The position numbers and the translations under genes are program-made. Under the pieces are notes generated by a model. That model was not told the DNA's origin, did not search any database, and was given only the letters and a program-made list of their open reading frames with translations. Positions 37,353 through 51,030 of a DNA stretch of 64,000 nt are shown one piece after another (within the stretch, counting starts at the first letter, position 1; every line of letters begins with the position of its first letter). Origin of the DNA: Octopus vulgaris (taxonomy: Eukaryota); NCBI GenBank assembly GCA_951406725.2, contig OX597821.1, forward strand, positions 81,716,001 to 81,780,000, in the 5' to 3' direction.

Positions 37353-38488
37353 AAGTAGTAGTAGTAGTAGTATCCTACAGGTTGCTGCCCTTGACAACAG
37401 TTTATTATCTCTCTCTTCGATACTGGCAAACTGACTAACAAGACTGTATTCATGTACATTGATTAAGGGAGTAATACAAACCCATCAACTGGGTTTGTAC
37501 TTTACCTTAAGGGTCCAATGACTAGATCAAATAGAAATAAACACAGACTCAAGCTTTTGCTCAGGTTCCAGTGGACCTTGATGCAATCTGTACCTAAGGA
37601 TTACTTAATGTGCTGTTTTCTAATGCAACAGCCCAGCAATTAGGGTTTTTTATGGCAATGCCACTGCCAGGTCTTATGCAGTGGTACAAAGAAAGGTCAT
37701 GGCCACAACCCTTCCAACTCTGTTTTCTACAGAAAACAGCCCAGATTAACATTAACACTTGATCCATGTATGCTTTTAGCAGTGTTGCTCTACCTCCTGC
37801 ATTCAAACCAAACCGGGTTGCCTCCTCAACCACATTTCAATCTCACAAATGCTGAAAGGGCTCCAAAAGAACATGGGTCTCAAAAGATTCTGGGTCTTAC
37901 TACTCATCTCCTGATTAACATGAAATACATAACATAAATATAAAAAAAATAGGTGAAATTATCAATAGTCTTTATGTTTATATATATTCAAATATTGGTT
38001 TATGATTGCTAAACCAAATTATGTGTGTCTTCACTTAATATGCAAAGATGCTGTTTAATAAATCATCTTTGCTGGTAAGATTTCCATCAGATGAAACTTT
38101 AACACCCAGTGTATTAATATTTCCCAGTATTCATTTGCTTTCATGTTTAGCTCTTGTGATTCAAACCTGAATTTGCCTTTGATTTTGTGAGTCAAACTTC
38201 CCATTTTGAAGTGATCCAAAACCTTCCAAGAAAATAAAGGATCACAAGGTCATTTTACTCCATTTTTCCTTATTTGTAAAATTAATTGAATCAAAGGCAG
38301 TGTATTTCAATGGAAATATTGTAATAGAAAAGTTAAACAATGCCACTAAAGAAATTCCAAACATGGAGAGGTCCTGGTACTAGTTACAGACCAACATTTT
38401 ATCATCAATCTAGTTCCTCTTCTCTGAATGATTTTTGTTACCACTCAGATGAAGAGTGAAGTGATTCTGTGGTTAAACAAGTACTTAC

Positions 38489-38527
38489 CGCTTCTGGAAG
38501 AATTGTTTGAGTCAAAAAGTCATTCTT
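38489..38527 (-). CDS. 39-nt symmetric microexon (phase 0 to 0): KNDFLTQTILPEA
   Basis: Acceptor ccattgttttttttcag| and donor GCG|gtaagta. Only frame 0 is open. Confidence 0.55.
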
Positions 38528-38619
38528 CTGAAAAAAAACAATGGAAAATCCAGTTAAGTTTGTGTTAACATATTTGCAGCAGTAAGTATTAAAAGAATCA
38601 TTAAAAATAACTAATTGCC

Positions 38620-38845
38620 TATAGTTTTGTGAAACCATACCTATCTACAGTCTTGTAAAACCATGTTCTTCTATCCTCTTGTAAACCTTGCCAATATTAA
38701 AGTTTTGTAAAACAATGTTGGTCTATAATCATGTTAAACTATGTGAAATCATCTCCCATTATACCCTTATGAAATTATCTCCTCTGATATTCTAGTCAAA
38801 CTATTTCCTCCAATAGTTTTGTCAAGAACTTTGTCATCTAATGAA
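38620..38845. repeat. Degenerate ~27-bp tandem repeat
   Basis: About 8 recurring TTGT(G/A)AAAC.AT units. Confidence 0.55.
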
Positions 38846-38942
38846 TGTAATATCACTCAAATCATCAATATATAAAAATATGTCACATAAAACACACACA
38901 CACACATACACACACAAAAAAAAAAACATCTATAGTAAAGAA

Positions 38943-39186
38943 CAATGATTCTCATCCATTTTTTAACTTTGATTCTTATTTTACTCAGATGGAGCCCTCA
39001 TAGCTATTTGATGTTTCAAAAAAATCCCATTACATTTTTATAATTAGATATTAGGAATTGTACAAAGAAAAATTAAAATATTTTGTGCATTGTAGAAGTA
39101 TAACTGATTTTATTGTTCATAAATTTTAACAATAAAATCCTGTATGGATCCCCAAGGGACATATGAACCACCATTGAGAACCACTG
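38943..39186. mobile_element. hAT (Charlie-like) MITE
   Basis: Ends CAATGATTCTCA / TTGAGAACCACTG with 8-bp flanks gtaaagaa / gtctagaa. Confidence 0.7.
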
Positions 39187-39242
39187 GTCTAGAATGGCTC
39201 CTGCTTTTAAAACACAAAATAACAAACATTGCAAAACTAAGG

Positions 39243-39440
39243 ATCATCATCATCATCATCATCGTTTAACGTCCCGTTTTCCATGCTAGCATGGGTTGGA
39301 CGGTTCAACTGGGGTCTGGGAAGCCGGGAGGCTGCACCAGGCTCCGGTTTTATCTGGCAGTGTTTCTACAGCTGGATGGCCTTCCTAATGCCAACCACTC
39401 CGTGAGTGTAGTGGGTGCTTTTTACATGCCACCAGCACGG
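39243..39440 (-). mobile_element. Young RTE-tail element
   Basis: (CAT)n CGTTTAACGTCC..CCATGCTAGCATGGG..GGATGGCCTTCCTAATGCC..GGGTGCTTTTTAC. Confidence 0.8.
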
Positions 39441-40155
39441 AACAGGTTGGACAAAGTGTTTTACAGTATTTTTTATGGATCTTTACATTCAGAGTTCAAA
39501 TCCAACTACGGTGATGAAAATAGAATATTAGTTAAGTACTATGATTGATTTATATTCCTATAATCTTAGGAATATATATTCATATAATCTTAAATATGAA
39601 TAGCATCATAACAGGAAAAGAGAATATTGCAAAATAAAAAAATGAAGAGAAGGAGAGAGAGAGGGGGAGGGAGAGAGAGAGAGCAAGTGATTAGTCTGAG
39701 AGTGAAATAAGTTTTATTTCAGGTCATACAGTATAAACATATGATATCTAAGACTGACATTCCATGAATGGCAGCAGCAAATACTGACTGCATTCCTACA
39801 GGGGACCATCTATATTGTAGCTCTTGCTAGCTTGCTTGATCTGCTAGATATAACAACCAAGTCTCTCACAAATCATACATGCTCTCACACTAATTCCATT
39901 AATACACTAAAATTAAACTCTGACACAAAAACTTTCTCCCCCCCCCTCTCTCTCTCTGTACATACATATAAGAGATAATGTTGTCATTGAGACCCAAAGG
40001 TGTCAGGTAATGCTGAATAAGTGCTATAGACAGACCGTAGTTAAGTTCCAGATTTGGTAATATTGCGAATAAAGGGTTCAACATTGGTTCTATGTCAGCG
40101 TGTGTATATAAGAATTTTTTGTGTAATAAGATAAAAAAAACCAATGCAAAAGATT

Positions 40156-40206
<51 letters not shown>

Positions 40207-40317
40207 TGTGTGGGTATGTTTCCATGAAAAATATCTATGTATACAGAATATATTTATATGTGCCCTCCCACACACACATATAAAATTATATATGTATGTG
40301 TGTGTGTGTGTGTGTGT

Positions 40318-40356
<39 letters not shown>

Positions 40357-40536
40357 TGTTTGAGGTTGTGTGTGTGTGTGATCAATGTTAAGTAGACTAT
40401 GGAATCCATATCATTAGTATCTGGAGCAGTACCTATTTGGTTAGCCATGTAAAATAGTGATTAAATGTATGTAGGTTTATTGTTGCCTATATACAGAAAT
40501 GCCCACCTGCACTCACCCCACCATATACATACATAT

Positions 40537-40570
<34 letters not shown>

Positions 40571-40837
40571 GGAGCAATATATGAAAAGAAGAGCATCTGG
40601 CAACAATTTTGTTTGAACAAGGGGAAAAAATATAAGGAGAACCAACGTTAAAAAAGATGAAATGCATGTGTATACACACACACATACATAAATACATTTG
40701 TGTTTATATGCGTGTCTCTCCTGTGTAGATGAACACCTACACACAGTCGTATACATATATCAATATACATTACACGTATACAAATGCTCACTGTTACATG
40801 CTTATGCACGTGTATATACATACAAACACATACACAC

Positions 40838-40874
<37 letters not shown>

Positions 40875-41916
40875 ACAGCATGGAGTGAAATGTTAACTAT
40901 GAGTAAGAGTGTTAGCTATTTCCTGCTACAGATCTCTGAAGAACAGACAAGTCCATTCTTGGTGTTGTTGCTAATCTCTAAAGTCTACATGGAGTTGAGT
41001 CTTCCCTAAGTCAGAGCAGCCCAACATACTGTCCTGCCACAGGTATTTTTTTTTCTCTGGCATTGATAAATAGCCCCCTCCAAATAACAACAACATTAAT
41101 CATAATGATAATAATTATAATAATACCCAACAACAAAAAAGAACACACAAGGCTGCACATCTCCCAGCAACATGGGGTGGGGTGTAGCAAGTAATGCAGT
41201 AGAAATCTGCCTGAAACTACCAAATTTTGAATAATACTAATAATAATAATAGTACTACTAATAATAATAAAGGTTGGTAATTGTAAGGTATAGGATGGGT
41301 ATAAGGATACCATAACCATCTGTTAAATGATGTTGGATGGGTGATTGTGGATTATGTATTAGTGGAATTGGCACCAATAGGGTGAGAGTGGTGTAGTGAT
41401 TGTTCTTGGTGGTGAGAGAACTGGAGTTGAGATAATGGAGTAGAGGAGTAAGATTGTTGTTGTTGATGTTGTTGTTAGTGGGGGTGGTGTTGGTGAAGGT
41501 GGGGGGGTGACTCCATTCTTAGTACTGCTTTTATTATTTTTTTTTTTTTGCTTCTGTCTTTGTTCTTTCAAATTAAATAATAACCAGCAGATGTAGGCAC
41601 TGGAAGGGGTGGAAGAAAAAGTTAAGAGAAAGAGCAAAAAACAAATAGAGATGGAAATAGTGTCAGAGGACCTTTGCAAAAAAAAAAAAAGGAAAAACAG
41701 TGAGTAGGTGTAGTGCCAAGGGGCTGGGGGTAGTGATGGAGGAGGGCTGATGTGGGGGGGAGAGAAACAGGAATGGGGGAGGAAAGAGTTAGATTTGGTG
41801 TAAGATGGAGACAGAGAGGAGGGGATAATAAAATAATAGAACAAGAGGCTATGTAGAAAATAGAAAAAAAAAAGGAAAGCAATGGGGGGGGGGGCAGTAG
41901 AGTAAGAAAGATGAAA

Positions 41917-41958
<42 letters not shown>

Positions 41959-42034
41959 AATGCTTTACCAACATTTATTTCATACCACTGACTCAGAGTA
42001 CCTTCCTTCAATTCGAGCCCTTTCCTATCTCTAC

Positions 42035-42071
<37 letters not shown>

Positions 42072-42244
42072 ATATAATGAAATACTGAAGTGGTTAGCAA
42101 CAGTATCAAATCGTACCAACTCCTAGAATTCGAAAAGGGGTGAGATAATAATAGATATGATGCTTAAGGAAAAAAACGCAGGAAAATTAGAAATTCTGAG
42201 ATTGAATAATTTAAAGATCTCTGTGTAACATGAAAACTGTTTGA

Positions 42245-42249
<5 letters not shown>

Positions 42250-42284
<35 letters not shown>

Positions 42285-42400
42285 GTGTGTGTGTGTGTGT
42301 GTTTGTGTGTATGTGTGTGTTTGTGTGTATGTGTGTGTGTGTGTGTGTTTGTGTGTATGTGTGTGTGTGTGTAGGTGTGTGTGTGTGTGTAGGTGTGTAT
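42250..42400. repeat. Interrupted (GT)n microsatellite
   Basis: Directly visible. One of dozens of (AT)n, (GT)n and (AG)n tracts in the window. Confidence 0.95.
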
Positions 42401-42552
42401 CTATGTGTATGCATCTGTATTAATATGCAAATGTGTGAGAGTGTACAAGTGTATTTGGGTTACATGTAGGTTTGGTGAAGAGTGTGAAGTGTGTGTATCT
42501 TACTTTTGTGAATGAGTGCATGTTTACAAAAGACACAGAAAAGGGAGTGGGG

Positions 42553-42589
<37 letters not shown>

Positions 42590-43214
42590 AAGGGGAGCGA
42601 TAGTGGTGGGAGGAGAGATGTGGTAGTAGGTGTTGGTGGAATGGTGACAAAGACAATGAGTGAAAGAGAGAGAGAGAGAGAGAGTACCAGAATGAGTCAG
42701 AACCAATATTAATCAGTAGAAGGGACAGTGGGAAATTAAGGCTCAATAAAACAAATGTCCAAGCTATTATAATGGTCAATGAAGAAGGTTATTGATTGAA
42801 CCACTTTGGAAATAAACAATCATAGAAAGAACAGTGACAACAGCAGCAATACACTTTACCGAGCACACTAAATAAACATCGGTGAGGCATTACACACATT
42901 ACTGAGTCTCTTCTAGATTCATTGTTTTGAAGAAAAAAAAACATTAATAATAATAATAATAATAACAACAATAATAATAATAATCTTTTCTTACTATAAG
43001 CACAAGACTTGAAACTTGGGTGCGGTGGGGAGGAGTTGATTACATCGACCCAGAACTCCACTGATACTTATTTTTTAATCAACTCCGAATGGATGAAAGG
43101 CAAATTTGACCTTGGCAGAATTTGAACTCAGAATGCAAGGATAAACGAAATGCCCCTAAGCATTCAGTGTGGTATAATAATAATAATAATAATGATAATC
43201 CTTTCCACAATAAG

Positions 43215-43456
43215 TAGGGTAAAGTTATCTTCTCAAGTCACACCAACTCATAAAGGCCAGTTTCCTAATTTCAGGGCATATATATTCCCCACCTGGATGG
43301 GATGCTGGCCCATCGCAGGATTACTCATTTTCGCTAGCTGAGTGGACTGCAGCAACATGAAATGAAGAGTTTTGCTCAAGAAGACAATGCACTACCTGGT
43401 CCAGGAATTGAAACCACAATCCAACACCCTGACTATTAAGCTGTGCGTCCCCACAT
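43215..43456 (-). mobile_element. Hybrid SINE: CORE-like head plus V-domain-like 3' part
   Basis: Minus-strand head resembles the 35641 family (..TTGAGCAAAACTCTTCATTTCA..CCACTCAGCT..AATGAGTA), followed by CCTGCGATGGGCCAGCATCCCATCCAGGTGGGGAA. Flanks tttccacaataag / tttccactatagg. Confidence 0.7.
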
Positions 43457-44736
43457 TTTCCACTATAGGCACAAGGCCTGATATTATTTTAATGGGGCGT
43501 GGGGGCTAGTCAATTACATCAACATCAGTACAAAAGGATGGAAAGCACAGTCCACCTCGGTAGAATTTGAATTCAGAACATGGAGACAGATGAAATGCAA
43601 CAAAGAATTATGTCTGGTGTGGTAATGATTCTGCCAGTTCATCACCTTAACAACATCACCACCAACAATTCAGTAGCAACTATCATTAAAATTGGTCAGA
43701 TTTGTTTAAAATGTACATTTTCAAAAGTATTTTCTAGGATCTGAATTTAGAACATTAAGGGCAGTAATTAAATACAGCATGGCAACTTGTTGGAAGCTCC
43801 AATGATTCTGCTTAATCTTAAATACCAATCAGTTCTAAATACAGTGTTTAAATAATGTTCAGAAAATAAACAAAATTTCAGAATTGCAATAAATATGATT
43901 TCAAAAACCCATCTATTAGAATTGAACCATTAATCACAAAAAGACTAATTCATCCATTTACAAACACTGGAGGCGGAAGGAAATAGACACAAACACAAGA
44001 ATGAAAATGACAACAACCTGTTTATAGTGATAGTGATGATGGTGGCAGTGGAGGTGGTGGTGAGCATTATCCTAAGATGTTACAGAGGAACCAGGTAATT
44101 TTAAGGATTAATAAACATATGACAAGGTGAGCATTAATCTTTAAGGGGATGGTTCAGATGGAGGGGCAGGGAAGAAACCTGTGTGACTAGTGAGAGCCAG
44201 CAATTAGCATCCATAATAACAATGGCTTTGTGAAGAGAGAGAGAAAGAGACTGGGACAGAGTATATTTCTCTTAAGAGACTGGACTAAAGTGTCTGACAG
44301 CCCAAGTAACATGAGGGGGGGGGGAAAGAGAAGTACATGTTACAGCTGAACAAGAAATCGATTTCATCACAGCATCTCTTAACCGACATCATCACCACCA
44401 CCATCATTATCATCAACAATACTGTCATAGCATTGTCTCCTCCCTATCAACATACGTTGGGAATATTGACTCCGTGGGAAGGGTTTTCTTCTATAACGAG
44501 ATAAGGTAATTTTTTTTTCCTATATATTTGAAATATTGATTTTTTCTGACAAGTTACATAATTAATCTTTTTCTGACTGAAATGAGTCTATTGTCTATTC
44601 AATATACTATTAGTACTTAATTCATTGATTACAGACAGACCAGAAGTCAAGTTTAAAACTGTCTTTGGCAGAATTTCTGCTCAAAATAAAGATACTAAAC
44701 AAGACGATGTGGAATATTAGGACTGATATTCTGTGT

Positions 44737-45041
44737 CAGGGATTCTCAACCATTTTTTTTTTTTATCTGTGGACTCCTTTGATTACTATTCTAGTCTGGT
44801 GGACCCCCATAGCCACATGATGTTCAAAAACTAGTTTTATAGAAACTTCTGCCAAGATCCCTATTTTGTTTTTCACACATTAACGTAGGTTGAACTAAGT
44901 AAAACATTAGAGAAAGAAACTTAGCTGTTTCTTGCAATATGCACCAATACATACATCTAAAGCAGAATTTTTTCAGGGGCCATTAAAATACTATTGTGGA
45001 CCCCTGCAAAATCTTATACAGACCCCAATTGAGAACCACTG
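44737..45041. mobile_element. hAT (Charlie-like) MITE
   Basis: TIRs CAGGGATTCTCAAC / ATTGAGAACCACTG with internal GGACCCC / GGACTCC subterminal motifs. Confidence 0.8.
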
Positions 45042-45774
45042 TTCTAAATGAAGACATGGGGAAGGGACCAGAGCAATGAGAAAGTGGGGAGTAGTTTTGT
45101 GCTGACTAAATGCATCAAGTAAACTCAGAATCTATATCTCTTTCAAGGGACCCAACCAAGACTAAAGCATAATACACACCTTGAACCCTAAATCTACAAT
45201 ACAAATAAGGCAGAAATGGAAGGAACTGCTCAAAAGTTGCATCAGACTGATTAGGCTTTCAATAAGAATCTTTAATAAGTCCAACAAAAGTTGCCTTAAA
45301 TTTTCTTTCACATGGAGAGAAAGCTGGCGATCAAATTTGCATTATTTTCTTACCTCCTGCTTCCATACCTGACCCCCACAAAAATAAAAACACCATCTGG
45401 CAGTAACTATAGAAAAGTCTTTTGGGAAAGAACACATTCAAATAGAATTATTTGAATGAAAGGCTGAGTATAGAAACAAAAGGACAAAAGTAAGCAGAAT
45501 CAGGTAAGAGGTAAGGTGGGAAATATGTAAATATAATAATTATTAGCTGAAAGTAGAATCTATACTATAATTAATATTACAATAACGAAGCTGAAAAAGT
45601 ATTACATCTTAAAACTGAGTTCAGTTTCAGACAGGTGTAGTTGATTGGTAAGTTATATCAGATATTGCTTTCTCACACTGACATAAAATCATTGACTGAA
45701 CCAACTCCAATTTATGAATGGTACCCTGGATGGATAAAAGGCTAAGGTCACATAACCTAGAATTCAATTGGTCA

Positions 45775-45928
45775 TCAGGAGTGGCTGCGTGGTAAGTAGC
45801 TTGCTTACCAACCACATGGTTCCAGGTTCAGTCCCACTGCGTGGCACCTTGGGCAAGTGTCTTCTACTACAGCCTCAGGCCGACCAAAGCCTTGTAAGTG
45901 GATTTGGTAGACAGAAACTGAAAGAAGC

Positions 45929-46004
<76 letters not shown>

Positions 46005-46160
46005 TTTGTTCACCCAGCATCGCTTGCCAACTGATGCTGGTGTGTTTACGTCCCTGTATAAGTACTAGGTTTACAAAGAATAAGTCCTGGGGTTGATTTG
46101 CTCGACTAAAGGCGGTGCTCCAGTATGGCCACAGTCAAATGACTGAAAAGAGTAAAGGAG
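45775..46160 (+). mobile_element. CORE-like SINE (CR1-tail type) with an internal deletion
   Basis: Colinear with 12291-12701 apart from a missing CTTAGCGGTTCGGCAAAAGAGACCGATAG segment. Confidence 0.85.
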
Positions 46161-46635
46161 TATTTAACATCTGCTTTCCAGTATGGGCAGGGAGCCAATG
46201 AGCTGTAGGGCTGTGTCAAACTCCCATGTCATCTCTGAAATAGTTTTTACAGCTTGATAATTTTCCAAAGGCCTACCACTTCATAAAGTATATTGGGAAA
46301 CTTTTTTTTTTGGTGCCACCAGCACTAAGATGGGTTTTGTCTAATATTCAGTTCTTTGTACCAAGTTGGAATATCTAAGGGTAATGGAATGGTATAAAGA
46401 TCTCAAAGAACTTCAACCATCAGTTTAAAATCCATCTTCATTAAGTCAGAAGAATATGTGCCAGAGTTTAACTAATTTTGATTGCTTCTTTATAGAACAA
46501 CACCAATTTTTAAAGGAAGTAATTGATGGAATAAATCTCAGTATTAAAATAATTTCACTGACCCAAAAGGGGTGAAAATTGAAATTGGTCCTGGAAAAAT
46601 TTGCATCACTTTTGCTCAAGAATTTGACAAAAAGA

Positions 46636-48241
46636 ACTAAGAACACACGGGACTTAGATTCTCTCAAATACCCAGGAGGCTCTCTTCAGGTTGTAGATAG
46701 TTTCTGTTACCTAGGTAACACCGAATTAGCAATGGTGGAGGATGCACTGTAAGTATTGTTTCTAGAATAAGAATTGGATGGAGGAAGTTCAGAGAGCTAT
46801 TACCTCTGTTGGTAACAAAAGGACCCTCTCTCAGAGTGAAAGGTAGACTATATGATGCCTGTGTATGAACAGCTATACTCCATGGTAGTGAGACATGGGC
46901 TCTGAATGCAGAAGACTGGCAAGAAATGAAGGTAGTATGCTCTGTTGGGCATAAGAGGAATCAAATGTAACATGCAAGGGAGAAGACTATTCTGGTTTGG
47001 ATATGTGATGCATATGAATGAGGACAGCTACATAAAGAAGTACCGATCACTGAAAGCAGATGGTACCCCACAGAAGAGGGACACACAGGGAGACGTGGGA
47101 TGAAGTGGTAAGGACCGATCTCAGGATGTTGGACCTCAAGGAGGAAATGTCAATGGACCGAGATGTCTGGCGATATGGAGTTCTTGAGAAGACCCGCCCA
47201 TCTCAGCGAAACTGAGTTCTAGAAGTGCAGTGTGTCCCATCCACACTTAACAAGAAAACTTCTCACACACTCTAACCACAACAAACCAAACTACGTCTCT
47301 ACATCTCTTCCTCACATTCCCGCTTCATACACTTGGATTACTTTTCACTCCCCAGTCCTATCCTCTTGGCACTGTGCCTTAGTATCATTGCTCTCCACTT
47401 GCCCCTGACCTGTGTGTTCTACCTACATGCACTGTCTCACTCTATTATTGCTATCTGCTAGCCCCTGACCTGTGTGTTCCACCCACACGTAACCCCTTCA
47501 TACACTATTCCTAGCACTCACTCCCAAGTTCCTCTGTATCAGTGCTATCCAGTAGCCCCCACCCCACCCCACCACCCAATCTATACATACCCAGGTCTCT
47601 TGCCACATACTTGCACTCCCTTCAGGATATCTTGCCACTCATATTATGGCATTTGAACCTCAAGGGTATGCCCTGGCACTTGCCCCCATCTATATCTCTC
47701 TCTTCCTTTACTCAACCATCCCATTTATATTCTGATTCCCATCCCTTGTGAGTATACCTGGCATTTTACCACCATCTCTATCCTGTTGTTTGTCTTCATC
47801 CCTGATATTTCTTTGGCCAGGTAACCTAGTACTTCCTCTACAGCAAGACACCTGTATCTGTCTCACTAAAACCTTTCCAACACTGAACACAAGATCACCT
47901 CCTCCAATGCCTCTTCTCCTTTTTTTTGTCTTGCAAGTACTTGGTGACCCTGTCAATACCAATGCCACTTAAAAGCACCCAGATCACACTGTAAACTGGT
48001 TGGTGTTCAGAAGGGCATCCAGCTGTAAAAACCTTACCAAAACTGACCTTGCCTGTGCTTGTGCCATGAAAAAAAGCACTAAGTCCACTCTGCTGAGTGG
48101 CTGGTGTTAATGAAGGGCATCCATCTGTAAAAATCCTGCCAAAACAGTCACAGAAGTCTGGTGCAGGCTTCGGTCTAGCCAGCTCTTGTGAAACTGTCTT
48201 ACCCATGCTAGCATGGAAGGTGGACATTAAACGATGATGAT
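46636..48241 (+). mobile_element. 5'-truncated RTE-clade LINE: ORF2 C-terminus (to ~47215), long 3' UTR and (GAT)n tail
   Basis: Translates SLQVVDSFCYLG..GGGCTVSIVSRIRIGWRKFRELLPLL..LRVKGRLYDACV*TAILHGSETWAL..RRLFWFGYVMHM..TWDEVVRTDL..DRDVWR, with stops and frameshifts. Confidence 0.9.
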
Positions 48242-50810
48242 CTCAACTCTTCACATAACTCATATTATGTTAACTTTAAATGCTATACTTAACCACTGTA
48301 CCTAGAATATCAGTGCTCTTGGAATTCCCTCTTGGTCCATGGTTCTCCTACATTTCAAAGATGAAATCGTAGTGTTGAATGACCACAACAAATGAAACAG
48401 TTCTAGGTCAGAAATATTGGTTTATTAATAAAGATGTGAGTCATATTAAAACAATTACATATATTTATCCACCATTCCCAATAGCCATTTTGACAAATAT
48501 TAAGCAAAGTATTTAGAAAATATTTCATTGTCTTCATGACAGAGAGATAAGCTAAACTCGGTACATGCTGATGTAATTTTAACATTATCTATATCATACT
48601 CCTGGAATTAATAAATTTAAAGCTAGGGAGAACATACTCACACACACATAAAATTTTACCCATGTTAAGAAGTTCACTTCTCAACCACATGGTTCGGTGT
48701 TCAGACCTACTGCATGGCACCTTAAGCAAGTACCTTCTAATGTGGCCATAGGCTGACCAAAGACTAATGAGTTGATAGGGAGAATTTGAAGGAAGACCAA
48801 CATAAACTTTTTAACCGCATACCATCTGAGAGAAATTAACGTGGTTGATGTTCTTGGACAACTGCAGGAAAAAAATATAGAGAGGGAGGATATTCCAGAT
48901 AGGCCAAAGTTCTAGGCATGAAGATTGGATTTAGTAATTTGTGAAGTTACATGAGATGGTCTGGGGGAGGATAGAGATATAATGAGTAATAACTGGAGTC
49001 AAGTGAACCAAGTACACTTGAGAAGAAATGAGAAAACCAGTCAGTTCCATGAAGCAGTAATGGTTGTTCACAATAGTTTTTGGAACAGGCAGAGTGAGGA
49101 GACACCATGTCTGTGGGCAAGGAACTGGGATGATTTTTGTGAATAGCTCTATGCTAATCAGTATGACCGGAGCAGAGAATCAGTACCCAGACTCAGACCA
49201 ACGGTGCCCAATCCACTTAAATCTACTTACCACCAGATACAGAGTCTCCTTCAAGTTACACGTGATGTAAGATTGCCGGAATTCAAAAACAGCCTCCAGT
49301 TTTTATGCCAATCATTTCATTATAAAAATACTGTATTTACAATATTTTATCTGAGCATAAATAGTGTGTTCATCATCATCATCATCTAAGTCCATCTTCC
49401 ATGCATGCATGGGTAGAACAGTTGACAGGAGGTGGTCAGGTAGAAAAACTACCCTAAGTTACTGAGCCTGTTTGGGCAGGGATTTTAGGTTGGATGCTCC
49501 TCCTAACACCAACTGCCCCACAGAGTGGACTCAGTGGTTTTTACGTGGCACTAGCACAGGTGAGGTTAGTTTTGGTATGATTTTTACAGCTGGATGCCTT
49601 TCCAAACACCAACCACGTTACAGTGTGGACTGGATGCTTTTAACGTGGCATTTGAGGAGGGGAACTTGTGTCAGAGGATGATAGGTTACAGTGTAACAGA
49701 GAAACAGAGAGGCAGAACTAGGTGTCTTGCTATAGAGGAGCTACATGATTGCCCAGTGAAAGAGAGAGAGAAAGAGATAAAAGAGATAGAGAATGAGAGA
49801 GAGAGAGAGAATGAGAGAGAGAGAGAGAAAGTGAGAGAGCCACTGTATGCCAGTATTAGCTGCAGTACAGTACCCTTTCATATGCAAGGAGTGCAGTCTA
49901 ATGTCTTTCGGGTTGTCAGAAATGCTTTCTACCACAAGTTTTCTGAGGTTTACCTACTGCCACTAATCTGCAATGCATTTTATTTACTACTCTTCAGACT
50001 CAACTTACACAAACACACATTTATTATAGTGTCTTATTTCTCTATTAAAGAGTTAATAAGGAGCAATTATGAACATAACCTAATTCGAGATCACAAAGTC
50101 AGAAATTAAAGTTATAAGATCTAGGCTATAGTTGACATCCTGCAGCCACATTCTGAGAGCCTAGTACAAAATGGCAAATGCTTAATGAGACAGCTAATTA
50201 ATAAATAATAATCCAGTGATAATGAGCTACTGACATTAAACTGATAAGAGGAATAACTACTGTTCAACATAAAGAACATCAAATTAGTAGTTGTTTTTTT
50301 TTTGGGGGGGGGGGTATCTATAATTCTAAATGAGAACATGTCTTTTTTAACTGTTTTGATACAAAAATTGCCTGAGACAATCTCTAAATCTAGGATATAA
50401 AATAGCAGTTTTAAGGTGATTCAAATTAAAACCTTTCATCAAAATTTTATGCTAATTTTTGCTCCAAACACCAGCTAAATGACAGAGATATTTCAATAAA
50501 TTCTTCATTATTTTCATAAGTAATTGAGATGAAGGTAATATATTTCAATGGAAATATGGTAATTTAAGGGTTCAAGTGAGATCTTGCCACATCGAAGTGA
50601 GGGTAATGATATCCTTTTTACTATAGACACAAGACCTGAAATTTCAAGGAAGCTGGCTAGTTGATTTCACTGACCCCAGTGCACATCCGGTACTTATTTC
50701 ATCAACCCTGAAGGACAAAAAGCAGAGTTGCCCTTGGCAAAATTTGAACTGAGAATGTAAATACAGACAAAATGCTGCAAAGCATTGTGTCCAATGAGCT
50801 AACGATTCTT

Positions 50811-51030
50811 ATTTCTTTATTGCCCACAAGGGGCTAAACATAGAGGGGACAAACAAGGGACAAAGGGATTAAGTCAATTACATCGACCCCAATGTGAAAC
50901 TGGTACTTATTTAATCGACCCCGAAAGGATGAAAGGCAAAGTCGACCTCGGCAGAACCTGAACTCAGAATGTAGCGGCAGACGAAATACCACTAAGCATT
51001 TCGCCTGGCATGCTAATGATTCTGCCATCT
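50811..51030 (-). mobile_element. Young Meta-like SINE nested in an older copy (50620-51070)
   Basis: CpG-rich reverse complement of 63824-64000, with tail ..GCCCCTTGTGGGCAATAAAGAAAT. Confidence 0.85.

Noticed and set aside
39969-40084. Minus-strand ATG exon MLNPLFAILPNLELNYGLSIALIQHYLTPLGLNDNIISY
   Set aside because: The best donor is phase 2, which is incompatible with the phase-0 exon at 38527. No homology was recognised.
44456-44490. Minus-strand 35-nt exon candidate (ttatag|..AAC|gtatgt)
   Set aside because: It needs a phase-1 upstream coding exon that I could not find. It may be UTR or chance.
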